From positions 1 through 28,239 of IMG/VR virus record IMGVR_UViG_3300044701_004466: a stretch of DNA of 28,239 bases; one strand, 5' to 3'. The notes below the pieces were generated by a model that was not told the DNA's origin, made no database searches, and saw only the letters and a program-made list of their open reading frames with translations. This DNA comes from a virus (Duplodnaviria > Caudoviricetes). Both the position numbers and the translations under genes were made by a program. Shown here piece by piece: positions 9,202 through 16,847 of this stretch. Within the stretch, counting starts at the first letter, position 1. The number at the start of each line of letters is the position of its first letter.

Positions 9202-9879
9202 ATGTACAAAATTGAACAAAAATACCGCTCTTCATATACCGGTGAAGATGTCACAACACGCATGACACTACAAGGTCAAGTGCAACAGTACGAAAAAGAG
9301 TGGGTACCAAACAATGTTTTTAACAATCATATTACTACACAGGCCATAGTGCTCGGCGGAGGCTGGTTACGCGAGCAGTTTGACATGAGCTTGATCAAGA
9401 ATCACAAAGGTGGCCTATTAGGAAGTTCAAAATTACAGACTTATGGCTGTAATGATGTCTACAAAGATATTGAATGTGATTTTTTAGTGACTATTGGTCG
9501 CGAAAACGCCGCTGAAATCGCCAGCAATGGATACTGCGATAATCATATTGTTTATTCCAATGCAGGCCAGGTTCTTGATTATCCTGGCAAGTTTTACTTG
9601 ATCCCGCAAGATCCTTCATGGAATGCAGGAGCGATTGCCGCTTACTTAGCAGCCTTCGATGGGCACGACAAGATCTTTTTGTTGGGCTGTGAAATGGACG
9701 ACAACCATCCATTCTGGGCCAAGGCCATGCGTATAGTTTTTGATACCTACCCTGATGTTGATTTTGTATTGGTACAAGGCTTCAGCGCCGACGGCTATGT
9801 TCCCAATGAATGGAAAGATGTTTTGAATTTTAGAACTATTTCAACTAGAGAATTTGTTGTTGAAGCCGATCTAGGATAA
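9202..9879 (+). CDS. Putative Maf/CstII-like (Rossmann-type) glycosyltransferase-related protein
   Basis: AIVLGGG, YGCN..Y...DFLV and NAG..AAYLA..G..KIFLLGCE recall the (V/I)GNGPS / N / SG..A...A...G...IYLxGxD pattern of Maf and GT42-like folds, but diverge from it. Confidence 0.5.
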   Translation: MYKIEQKYRSSYTGEDVTTRMTLQGQVQQYEKEWVPNNVFNNHITTQAIVLGGGWLREQFDMSLIKNHKGGLLGSSKLQTYGCNDVYKDIECDFLVTIGRENAAEIASNGYCDNHIVYSNAGQVLDYPGKFYLIPQDPSWNAGAIAAYLAAFDGHDKIFLLGCEMDDNHPFWAKAMRIVFDTYPDVDFVLVQGFSADGYVPNEWKDVLNFRTISTREFVVEADLG

Positions 9880-10299
9880 TATAGATTCCATCGTTTCTAA
9901 TTTACGTATCACAGAGTCAAATTTGAAACTACGCCACACCCCCGGATGTAAAGGCCGGGGGTGATCTTTTATTGCCACCCAACAAAAACCTCTGTGCTCG
10001 TCGTTCAGTTTAGGAACAAATTCGTTGTCAATTGAGATTAAAAATGTGTGGAAAAAAAATTGTTGATTGTTGCTGGTAAATTTTTCTATTGGTACGATTT
10101 TACGATATTGTATCTCACCAATTTCCTCACGTATTTCTCGATGTAGGCCATCAATCACCGATTCTCCAGGTTCAATCTTGCCACCAACTAGGCCCCAAGA
10201 TCCTGGGTCTCGATCGTGATTCCTTAGTAAGAATAGATATCTTTTAGTTGAAACAGAGTAGATCAAAGCACCGCAACTTTCTATAGCACGACGCTCCAT
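9871..10299 (-). CDS. Nudix hydrolase (142 aa)
   Basis: Complete Nudix box GKIEPGESVIDGLHREIREEIG. Start moved to ATG 10299 behind GGAGG, overlapping the upstream stop by 19 nt. Confidence 0.92.
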   Translation of the reverse strand: MERRAIESCGALIYSVSTKRYLFLLRNHDRDPGSWGLVGGKIEPGESVIDGLHREIREEIGEIQYRKIVPIEKFTSNNQQFFFHTFLISIDNEFVPKLNDEHRGFCWVAIKDHPRPLHPGVWRSFKFDSVIRKLETMESILS

Positions 10300-11651
10300 T
10301 CCCCCTCCTGATAAAGACCTTCGACGCTCTTTGACCATGATCCTTCAAACCATTTATACTGTGTTCCAGTATTTAAGTTGGTCACATACTCTGTGGAAGT
10401 TTCTTGCTGACTATCAAAAGCCACACTCCATCCTGAATTGCCATATTCGATTATGTCATTGGCATTGGCAATAAACTCAGGATCTCCCCATACTATCGCG
10501 GCTTCAGCGTTGGCAGAATTTCCAATCGGATTCAAAATAAGATATCTAGTACCAATATCTGGGGACAGCAAATCAAACTGATCCACATTTACAGTAAACG
10601 GATCAATGATAGCATCAACAGGATCTAAAGAGTTAGTTGGGACAGTATCAGCATCAATGTTGAATATCAATTGACTGTCAACCAGTGGGTTGTAGCTGAC
10701 ATGACCAACAACCTCGTAGTCGTTGCTATGGTGTTTCAAGCGTATCTCACTGAGACCGTCACGCAATTCACCATAATGATCGATGAGATCTTTCCAATTG
10801 GCAGTTGCTTCGGGAGCCATGTCATTGATTGAAATTTCAGATCTTTTTAACAAAGTGATTTTATCGTCAACGAACAAAACACGATACCCATAAGGCGAGA
10901 TAACTCGCCTTCCGAGATATGTCTCATCGTCAAATAAGTTATTTGATAAGTTTCCGTCTGTGTCATAAATTGAGCCCAAGATCTTGTAAACAACTCCAAG
11001 CCTTTGAACTTTTGCTGGCGCAGAAATCCAAATTGGCAGTTCAAATGTCATAGTAGCCACACTGATGGGTTCCTCACCACCGGCAGGTATCGATCTTGAA
11101 TCCCAATTGGTGCCGGTTAAAAATACCGCGCTAAGGCTGGTCCAGTCGATGTAGTTATCGGTGCTTTGTATTTCCAATGCTGGATTAAACAGAGTGGCGA
11201 TCTGTTCGATGATTTGTAATTTTTGTTCGGTGTTTGATGTCCAGATATCAACCTTTAAGGTCAATTTATAAGGCACAGGCATAAGACGCTCAACTGTAAA
11301 CGAATCGCTTTTTTCTGTGTCATAATTGCCAGTATCGGGATCGTATCTTTGTTGTCTTAATTGTATTTTGCTGACATGGAACGGTTCTTGTACACGCTCT
11401 CTGTCATAGTCAAATGCTGAAACATAAACAGCCATGGCTGGCACGTTTGATAGACTGTTTTCGGTATTACCTCTAAGTATTTGAGCGGCTTGACGACTCT
11501 GATCTCCGTAGATAACCGGCACACGCTGTAAACTGATATTACCGTTGCGATCCTTGCCAAACTGTACATGAAAATTTGAAACCAGCCTGATAAACTGAGT
11601 TATAAAACGTCTTATCTGGCCATCGTAGAAAAAATTAGGATCTTGTGGCAT
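10281..11651 (-). CDS. gp15: T4 gp15-like tail sheath stabiliser / tail completion protein with C-terminal extension
   Basis: FFYDGQIRRFITQF..RVPVIYG..PVPY.L..QI.EQI..FNP pattern; lies directly after the gp14-like gene. Confidence 0.75.
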   Translation of the reverse strand: MPQDPNFFYDGQIRRFITQFIRLVSNFHVQFGKDRNGNISLQRVPVIYGDQSRQAAQILRGNTENSLSNVPAMAVYVSAFDYDRERVQEPFHVSKIQLRQQRYDPDTGNYDTEKSDSFTVERLMPVPYKLTLKVDIWTSNTEQKLQIIEQIATLFNPALEIQSTDNYIDWTSLSAVFLTGTNWDSRSIPAGGEEPISVATMTFELPIWISAPAKVQRLGVVYKILGSIYDTDGNLSNNLFDDETYLGRRVISPYGYRVLFVDDKITLLKRSEISINDMAPEATANWKDLIDHYGELRDGLSEIRLKHHSNDYEVVGHVSYNPLVDSQLIFNIDADTVPTNSLDPVDAIIDPFTVNVDQFDLLSPDIGTRYLILNPIGNSANAEAAIVWGDPEFIANANDIIEYGNSGWSVAFDSQQETSTEYVTNLNTGTQYKWFEGSWSKSVEGLYQEGEWSVVL

Positions 11652-12781
11652 CAGTTATCTGCCTTGGGTGTGAATGCCTTGCTAAGGCTCTGACGTACTG
11701 GATGTGTATTGCCCAGAGAGTCGGTATAGGTATTGAGATTTCCACCAGTATTGACATTTCGAGTAAAGGTTGATCTCAGTGTTTTATTTTCATTGGCATT
11801 GTTGGTCAGCGAAGTTCTCACAGCATCTTCAACTTTGATCCAACGTAGACCGTCATATTTGAATAGTCGATTAGGCAGATAGTCTAAACGTAGATAATAT
11901 TGTCCACTTGTTGGCGATTCTGGGAAAGAAATACCAGCCGACACACTAGAGCCATTTGGTGGAATGCCATCGCCTGCTAGATAAGCCGGCATTGGTTTTT
12001 TATTATAAGACCCAGTGTCGGTTTGACTGTCTCTTGAATCAGTGGTCAGCGTAGTGACATCATAGCCAGACTTTGGTACTTCTGTCTCGGCTTGTTCGAT
12101 AACAGCATCATTGATGTCAATGTATTTGTTAAACGTACTGAGTATTTCGCCAATGGGAGTTTCTTCGACCCCATCGTTGTTGGCATCAACTTTGATGGTG
12201 TTGAGTATGTCTTTGTATTCTTGGCTATCAACCAGCGGATTAAGCTTGACTCGCCATAAATGTGGCCACCAAGTTGGGCTGAAACCTTCGGCAGCAAAAC
12301 TGGCATCACCGACCACATAATATCTTTTTAAGGCAGTTGGTAGATCAGTATCAAGAGCATGATAATCTTTGAGATGTTCAAGTTCTAGTACGTCTCCGGA
12401 AACAAGTCTGCGCCCTAAAATTTCAATCATATCGTTGATATGGAAAGTCATAAACAACGTACCGGCTTGTAGGAAAATACCAAATTGACTAAGGTCAAAA
12501 TCTTGATCTCCGCGAGTGTAAATGCCGCGCATGCGGTACACTGACGAATCGTACTTGCGATCTCGATTTTCTACAAACAAGAGGTCCTGTATATTTTTTT
12601 CACTTTGATTGATGTAATTGGGTTGTGTGGCATCACCAGTGTCGCCTTGATCAACCGGACCAAGATATTTGTGTACTAAAATGCCCGTACCACCAACGGT
12701 AAACATCTCACTGATCCTACGATCCATGAACTTGTAGTCGTTTGTGTGTTTCCCGTCTTTCCAGAGACTTAATCTAGGCAT
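11651..12781 (-). CDS. gp14: T4 gp14-like neck protein
   Basis: DLLFVEN.DRKY, DLSQFG..L, GDVLE motifs; TGA/ATG overlap with the gp15-like gene; GAGGA RBS. Confidence 0.65.
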   Translation of the reverse strand: MPRLSLWKDGKHTNDYKFMDRRISEMFTVGGTGILVHKYLGPVDQGDTGDATQPNYINQSEKNIQDLLFVENRDRKYDSSVYRMRGIYTRGDQDFDLSQFGIFLQAGTLFMTFHINDMIEILGRRLVSGDVLELEHLKDYHALDTDLPTALKRYYVVGDASFAAEGFSPTWWPHLWRVKLNPLVDSQEYKDILNTIKVDANNDGVEETPIGEILSTFNKYIDINDAVIEQAETEVPKSGYDVTTLTTDSRDSQTDTGSYNKKPMPAYLAGDGIPPNGSSVSAGISFPESPTSGQYYLRLDYLPNRLFKYDGLRWIKVEDAVRTSLTNNANENKTLRSTFTRNVNTGGNLNTYTDSLGNTHPVRQSLSKAFTPKADN

Positions 12782-12801
12782 TTTTAGTCCTCAGCATCAA
12801 G

Positions 12802-12807
12802 TATTTA
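12802..12807 (-). promoter_or_regulatory. Late promoter TAAATA (minus strand) for the gp14-gp15-Nudix unit
   Basis: TATTTA on +, 20 nt upstream of the minus-strand ATG at 12781. Confidence 0.75.
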
Positions 12808-12812
12808 GCGAT

Positions 12813-12841
12813 TTGACTTTTTGGACAAAAAGCTATATACT
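12813..12841 (+). promoter_or_regulatory. Sigma70-type (early) promoter
   Basis: TTGACT-17 nt-TATACT, 10 nt before ATG 12852. Confidence 0.75.
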
Positions 12842-12851
12842 AGAGTCAAAT

Positions 12852-13109
12852 ATGGAACCGGACCTAAGAAATCGAGCCAATCTGGCCCACGCCCAGATAC
12901 AGATCATCAAAGATCCCGTTGCCCGGCGTGATCTAAAGCGTATGTACAATACTGTAGAATCCATTTTAGATGACATTAGTTCAGAATCGGTTGAATGCCG
13001 CAGATTACACCGCGAAACACAGAAATACCGAGATTTGGTGGTTCGAGCCCAATCATATATGGACAATTTAGAACAAAACATCACATTCGCTTCGCTGATT
13101 TACACTTGA
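12852..13109 (+). CDS. Hypothetical helical protein (85 aa), probably early
   Basis: Start moved to MEPDLRNR, directly downstream of the sigma70 promoter; the longer tracked start overlaps gp14 and its promoter. Confidence 0.7.
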   Translation: MEPDLRNRANLAHAQIQIIKDPVARRDLKRMYNTVESILDDISSESVECRRLHRETQKYRDLVVRAQSYMDNLEQNITFASLIYT

Positions 13110-13135
13110 CCACTAAATCCAAAAGATTATAAAAT
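13106..13135 (+). promoter_or_regulatory. Sigma70-type promoter
   Basis: TTGACC-18 nt-TAAAAT upstream of an AAGGA RBS and ATG 13168. Confidence 0.55.
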
Positions 13136-13167
13136 ATAACGAGTTAAACAACTATTCAAGGACAGCC

Positions 13168-14349
13168 ATGGCCAAAGTCAAAGTAGATGGTAAAAGCATC
13201 AAAGCCAAAGTCAAACGAACCAAAAATCCTCTATTTGCCGATGAAAAGCACATTGGTGGCGAACCGGTTTGGGACCACGACCGCGCTCTGACAATGAGCC
13301 GCGAAGAATTTGATCATCATCTCCGTAATAGTTTTCGTTATTATAACTATTTTTACTCGGTCAAGGACTGTAGGAAATATGTCAATGAATGGATTAAAAC
13401 TGCTTCTGAGTTTACCGAAGAAGAAAAACGCCTGTACCTAAAAACATCAGATCGACACACGCCCATGACCATGTGTAGCCTTGTTATGGCACATAGACAA
13501 GGTATGCCCATCAATGATCGCATGATTGAATTTTTCCGAGAATGTGTTACTAATGCTATGCGCCATGCTGACGATGTTGACATTGAGGTAGAGCCTACAG
13601 TCAAAGCCGTGGCGGTTCCTAAGCCCACGATACAAGATCGCCTAAATGAAAAGATGACTGATGTATTAGGCGAGATGGAAGGCATGTTTGACGAAGCAAT
13701 GACAGCAACTAAGACTGATCATAAGATATATCAATTCCTAGAAGCACAAAAAGTGCCGCAGGCGCAGATCGGCAAAGTTCGATCCTTGTTCCAGGACAAG
13801 TTTGATGAATTTAAGGCTGCCCAAACTGGAGAAGATAGCCAGATCAAAGAAGGTTATAGTCATCTCAAAGCCGCAGATTATCGTCGGGTACTAGCCTGGA
13901 TCGAGGGTGTGTTTGCTGATTGCGACAGTTTTGAAAAAGCCAAAAAGATACAGCGCAAGTCTCGGGTGAAGAAAGCGCCCAGCAAGGAAAAACTAGTGGC
14001 ACGCCTTAAGTTTCTCAAAGAACACAAAGAACTTAAATTGGTATCTATCAACCCAGTGGATATAATTGGCGCCACGGAACTGTGGGTTTATAATGTCAAA
14101 ACACGTAAGTTGGGAAAATATGTAGCCGATAGTCATTCACAGTCTCTGGCCATCAAAGGCACAAGCTTAGTTGGCTTTGACGAATCCAAGAGCGTAAGCA
14201 AGACCCTGCGTAAACCCGAGGAAAAACTGCGCGAGTTTAGCAAAGCCTCTAAAGTACAACTGCGACGCTTCTTAGAAGATATCAAAGCCACAGACACTCG
14301 CCTTAATGGACGCCTCAGTGCCGATGTACTTTTATTGAAAGCGCAATAA
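13168..14349 (+). CDS. Conserved hypothetical phage protein, lysine-rich (393 aa)
   Basis: Long ORF with RBS. The C-terminal LVSINP..IIGA..LWVYN.K.RKL..Y / KTLRKP / NGR pattern is one I associate with T4-like phage hypothetical proteins. Confidence 0.8.
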   Translation: MAKVKVDGKSIKAKVKRTKNPLFADEKHIGGEPVWDHDRALTMSREEFDHHLRNSFRYYNYFYSVKDCRKYVNEWIKTASEFTEEEKRLYLKTSDRHTPMTMCSLVMAHRQGMPINDRMIEFFRECVTNAMRHADDVDIEVEPTVKAVAVPKPTIQDRLNEKMTDVLGEMEGMFDEAMTATKTDHKIYQFLEAQKVPQAQIGKVRSLFQDKFDEFKAAQTGEDSQIKEGYSHLKAADYRRVLAWIEGVFADCDSFEKAKKIQRKSRVKKAPSKEKLVARLKFLKEHKELKLVSINPVDIIGATELWVYNVKTRKLGKYVADSHSQSLAIKGTSLVGFDESKSVSKTLRKPEEKLREFSKASKVQLRRFLEDIKATDTRLNGRLSADVLLLKAQ

Positions 14350-14357
14350 GTGAAATT

Positions 14358-14397
14358 TGCTGTCTTGCTACCATAAATACTTGGTAACAGGACAGCA
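14358..14397 (+). promoter_or_regulatory. Late promoter TAAATA in the loop of a 16-bp RBS-sequestering hairpin
   Basis: TGCTGTCTTGCTACCA-taaatact-TGGTAACAGGACAGCA (14 Watson-Crick pairs, 1 G-U, 1 mismatch); the AGGA RBS lies in the 3' arm. Confidence 0.85.
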
Positions 14398-14400
14398 CAA

Positions 14401-15273
14401 ATGGCCACAATTAAATCAGGACTAGACGCTAATCTCAACGTAACTTCAGACAGTCTCTATGATTCCAGCACCGGTACAGGCGCTGGTCCTATAGAATTTG
14501 ACAGCAGTCAACTTGATACCGTTTCCAAAAAAAGAACCGAAATTGTTGATTACATACGACTTAGACTGGCCGATGGCATTGTTGATGTTGAATTAGATAA
14601 AGAACACTACGATCTCGCCATAAATCAGGCTTTGATCAAATACCGACAAAGGTCAGGCAATTCACAAGAAGAAAGTTACTGTTTCCTTGAACTGTTACCA
14701 GAAACACAAGAATACATTCTTCCACGAGAAATACAGCAAGTAAGACAGATTTTCCGACGTGGTATTGGATCAGTAACTGGCACAACCGCTTCTCAATTTG
14801 AACCATTTGCTTCGGGGTATTTAAACACCTACATGCTAGTGGCCGGTCGTGTTGGCGGGCTAGTCAACTACGAAATGTTTGCTCAATACCAAGAACTTGC
14901 TATGAAAATGTTTGGCGGTTATATGAATTATACTTTTAATCCTGTGACCAAAAAACTCACTATTGTGAGGAAAATACCTTTTGGTAGTGGGGGAGAATCT
15001 ATCCTACTCTGGGTCTACAACAGCAAGCCAGACGTTATGTTATTGAACGATCACATGAGTTTTCCATGGATCCAAGATTATGCTTATAGTTTCGCCAAGC
15101 GTATTCTGGGAGAAGCACGTGAAAAGTTCAGCCAAATCGCTGGCCCTCAGGGTGGGGCAGGCCTAAACGGTGCCACACTCAAGGCAGAAGCACAGGCCGA
15201 AATGGATGCGCTCGAACAGCAGATCAAAGACTATGTTGATGGAACGATGCCATTGACTTGGGTCACCGGCTAA
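14401..15273 (+). CDS. gp13: T4 gp13-like neck protein
   Basis: YIRLRL..G.VDVEL..(D)LAI..AL, WIQDY...AK.ILG....KF....GP.GG..LNG motifs. Confidence 0.85.
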   Translation: MATIKSGLDANLNVTSDSLYDSSTGTGAGPIEFDSSQLDTVSKKRTEIVDYIRLRLADGIVDVELDKEHYDLAINQALIKYRQRSGNSQEESYCFLELLPETQEYILPREIQQVRQIFRRGIGSVTGTTASQFEPFASGYLNTYMLVAGRVGGLVNYEMFAQYQELAMKMFGGYMNYTFNPVTKKLTIVRKIPFGSGGESILLWVYNSKPDVMLLNDHMSFPWIQDYAYSFAKRILGEAREKFSQIAGPQGGAGLNGATLKAEAQAEMDALEQQIKDYVDGTMPLTWVTG

Positions 15274-15316
15274 TTTCTCAATACTTCAGTGGTAATTTTT
15301 CAACGTCGTGCCGATC

Positions 15317-15322
15317 TAAATA
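15317..15322 (+). promoter_or_regulatory. Late promoter TAAATA (leaderless type)
   Basis: 5 nt before ATG 15328, with no Shine-Dalgarno sequence. Confidence 0.65.
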
Positions 15323-15327
15323 ATCGC

Positions 15328-15723
15328 ATGCGAGCCTACGAATTCTTAAATGAAAACAAAAAAAGTCTAGTTCGCAGTAACCTAAAACCTCATCGCGATC
15401 AAGAAATGGCGATACAAGCCGTGCATCGTGTTGCGGGCACCGCCGACAGACACTATGATCTCAATCGAATCATGATGTATGCGGCCGGGACCGACGGAGA
15501 CTGCGATGTTCCAATGACCAACCAAAGTTGGGCTGGGCGTAATAACATCGCAGTTCCATATACAAAACTCGAGTCGGACATGCTAAAAAAAGCTTACACC
15601 GCAATGGATGTAGAATGGGACGACGCACTCAAACCAAATAAATCGGAAAAAAGCATCGAACCTAAAAATAACAATGTGCGTAGCCCAGTACCTGTGATAA
15701 AGAAAAATCGCTATGGCGTTTGA
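15328..15723 (+). CDS. Hypothetical protein, candidate internal head protein (131 aa)
   Basis: Start moved to MRAYEFLNE, which resembles the T4 internal-protein capsid-targeting leader. Confidence 0.7.
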   Translation: MRAYEFLNENKKSLVRSNLKPHRDQEMAIQAVHRVAGTADRHYDLNRIMMYAAGTDGDCDVPMTNQSWAGRNNIAVPYTKLESDMLKKAYTAMDVEWDDALKPNKSEKSIEPKNNNVRSPVPVIKKNRYGV

Positions 15724-15748
15724 CATCAACAAAAAATCATAATATAAT
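15720..15748 (+). promoter_or_regulatory. Consensus sigma70 promoter
   Basis: Exact TTGACA-17 nt-TATAAT upstream of a GGAG RBS and ATG 15774. Confidence 0.9.
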
Positions 15749-15773
15749 CGTCCTAATAGTGGAGACGACGAGT

Positions 15774-16415
15774 ATGATCATTGGTATATGTGGTTTTATC
15801 GGCAGCGGCAAAGACACAGCCGCTGACTATCTAGTAAACTTCCATGGTTTTCGCAGAGAAAGTTTTGCCAGCACTCTTAAAGATGCGGTCAGTTCTGTAT
15901 TTGGCTGGGATCGAGATTTACTTGAAGGACGCACCAAGCAAGCACGAGAATGGCGAGAGCAGGTAGATCCCTGGTGGGCAGAACGACTAGAAATGCCTAC
16001 TTTGACTCCGCGTTGGGTTCTACAGTACTGGGGAACGGAAGTCTGTCGCGCCGGATTCCATGACGATATTTGGATCGCTAGCCTAGAAAACAAATTGCGA
16101 AATAGCCAGGATGATGTGGTTATTTCTGACTGTCGTTTCCCCAATGAGATACAGGCCATTAAAAAAACCGGTGGTGCAGTTTCGTGGATACAGCGGGGCG
16201 ATCTTCCTGAATGGTATCAGTGTGCTCTCACAGAAAATACTACACCCGAATTTGAACAATATATCTTAGAAGATCATGAAGAGTTAATGGTACAAAAATA
16301 TCCCGGAGTACATGCTTCGGAATGGTCTTGGATCGGTACCAATTTTGATCACGTTATCGATAATAATGGCAGTATCGAGGATCTCTATGGCCGGCTCAAA
16401 ACCCTTGTACGCTAG
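15774..16415 (+). CDS. gp1: Deoxynucleoside monophosphate kinase (T4 gp1-like)
   Basis: MIIGICGFIGSGKDT P-loop, SFA..LKD, TPR.VLQ.WGTE, ISDCRFPNE, HASE and IDNNG motifs; start moved to ATG 15774. Confidence 0.92.
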   Translation: MIIGICGFIGSGKDTAADYLVNFHGFRRESFASTLKDAVSSVFGWDRDLLEGRTKQAREWREQVDPWWAERLEMPTLTPRWVLQYWGTEVCRAGFHDDIWIASLENKLRNSQDDVVISDCRFPNEIQAIKKTGGAVSWIQRGDLPEWYQCALTENTTPEFEQYILEDHEELMVQKYPGVHASEWSWIGTNFDHVIDNNGSIEDLYGRLKTLVR

Positions 16416-16746
16416 GCGACATGGCCCACCCCGACTGATTTAAAAACAAGTCAATTTGACAGTTGGCACAAACTGTTTTTAGATTATTCCAGTCCACATT
16501 CTGTAAATCGCCGTCAACATGGAAAACAAACATCTGTCGATCTGATTTGGATTTAAATCCGCAACGGTCGCACTTGCTTTTTTTCCTATAACCTTGTTTA
16601 AACCATAAAGGCGCACGGGGTTTTAATCGACGGCTTTTCCTGATACAACTATCACAACGGCTTCGATAGTAGACCCTATCTCCATGGTGGCAGTTGACAG
16701 CCACCGGCTTTTCGCCGCATACCGGACACAATTTTCTCTTTGTCAT
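16396..16746 (-). CDS. Zn-binding HNH-like protein (116 aa)
   Basis: CPVC, CDSC, CDRC and HVDGDLQN....NLKTVCANC. Start moved to MTKRK, 5 nt after a minus-strand TAAATA. Confidence 0.7.
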   Translation of the reverse strand: MTKRKLCPVCGEKPVAVNCHHGDRVYYRSRCDSCIRKSRRLKPRAPLWFKQGYRKKSKCDRCGFKSKSDRQMFVFHVDGDLQNVDWNNLKTVCANCQIDLFLNQSGWAMSPSVQGF

Positions 16747-16751
16747 ACGTA

Positions 16752-16757
16752 TATTTA
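16752..16757 (-). promoter_or_regulatory. Late promoter TAAATA (minus strand, leaderless type)
   Basis: TATTTA on +, 5 nt from the CAT at 16744-16746. Confidence 0.65.
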
Positions 16758-16774
16758 AGACAGATACCTTAATT

Positions 16775-16799
16775 AAGGGCACTATAGGTGTCCTTTTTT
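16775..16799 (+). terminator. Probable intrinsic terminator upstream of the sheath promoter
   Basis: AAGGGCAC-tatag-GTGTCCTT followed by TTTT. Confidence 0.55.
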
Positions 16800-16811
16800 A
16801 GTGCCATAAAA

Positions 16812-16817
16812 TAAATA
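16812..16817 (+). promoter_or_regulatory. Late promoter TAAATA for tail sheath
   Basis: ATAAATACT 30 nt before ATG 16848, with an AAGGA RBS. Confidence 0.8.
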
Positions 16818-16847
16818 CTCATAACTTGTCATATAAAGGAAAATAAC

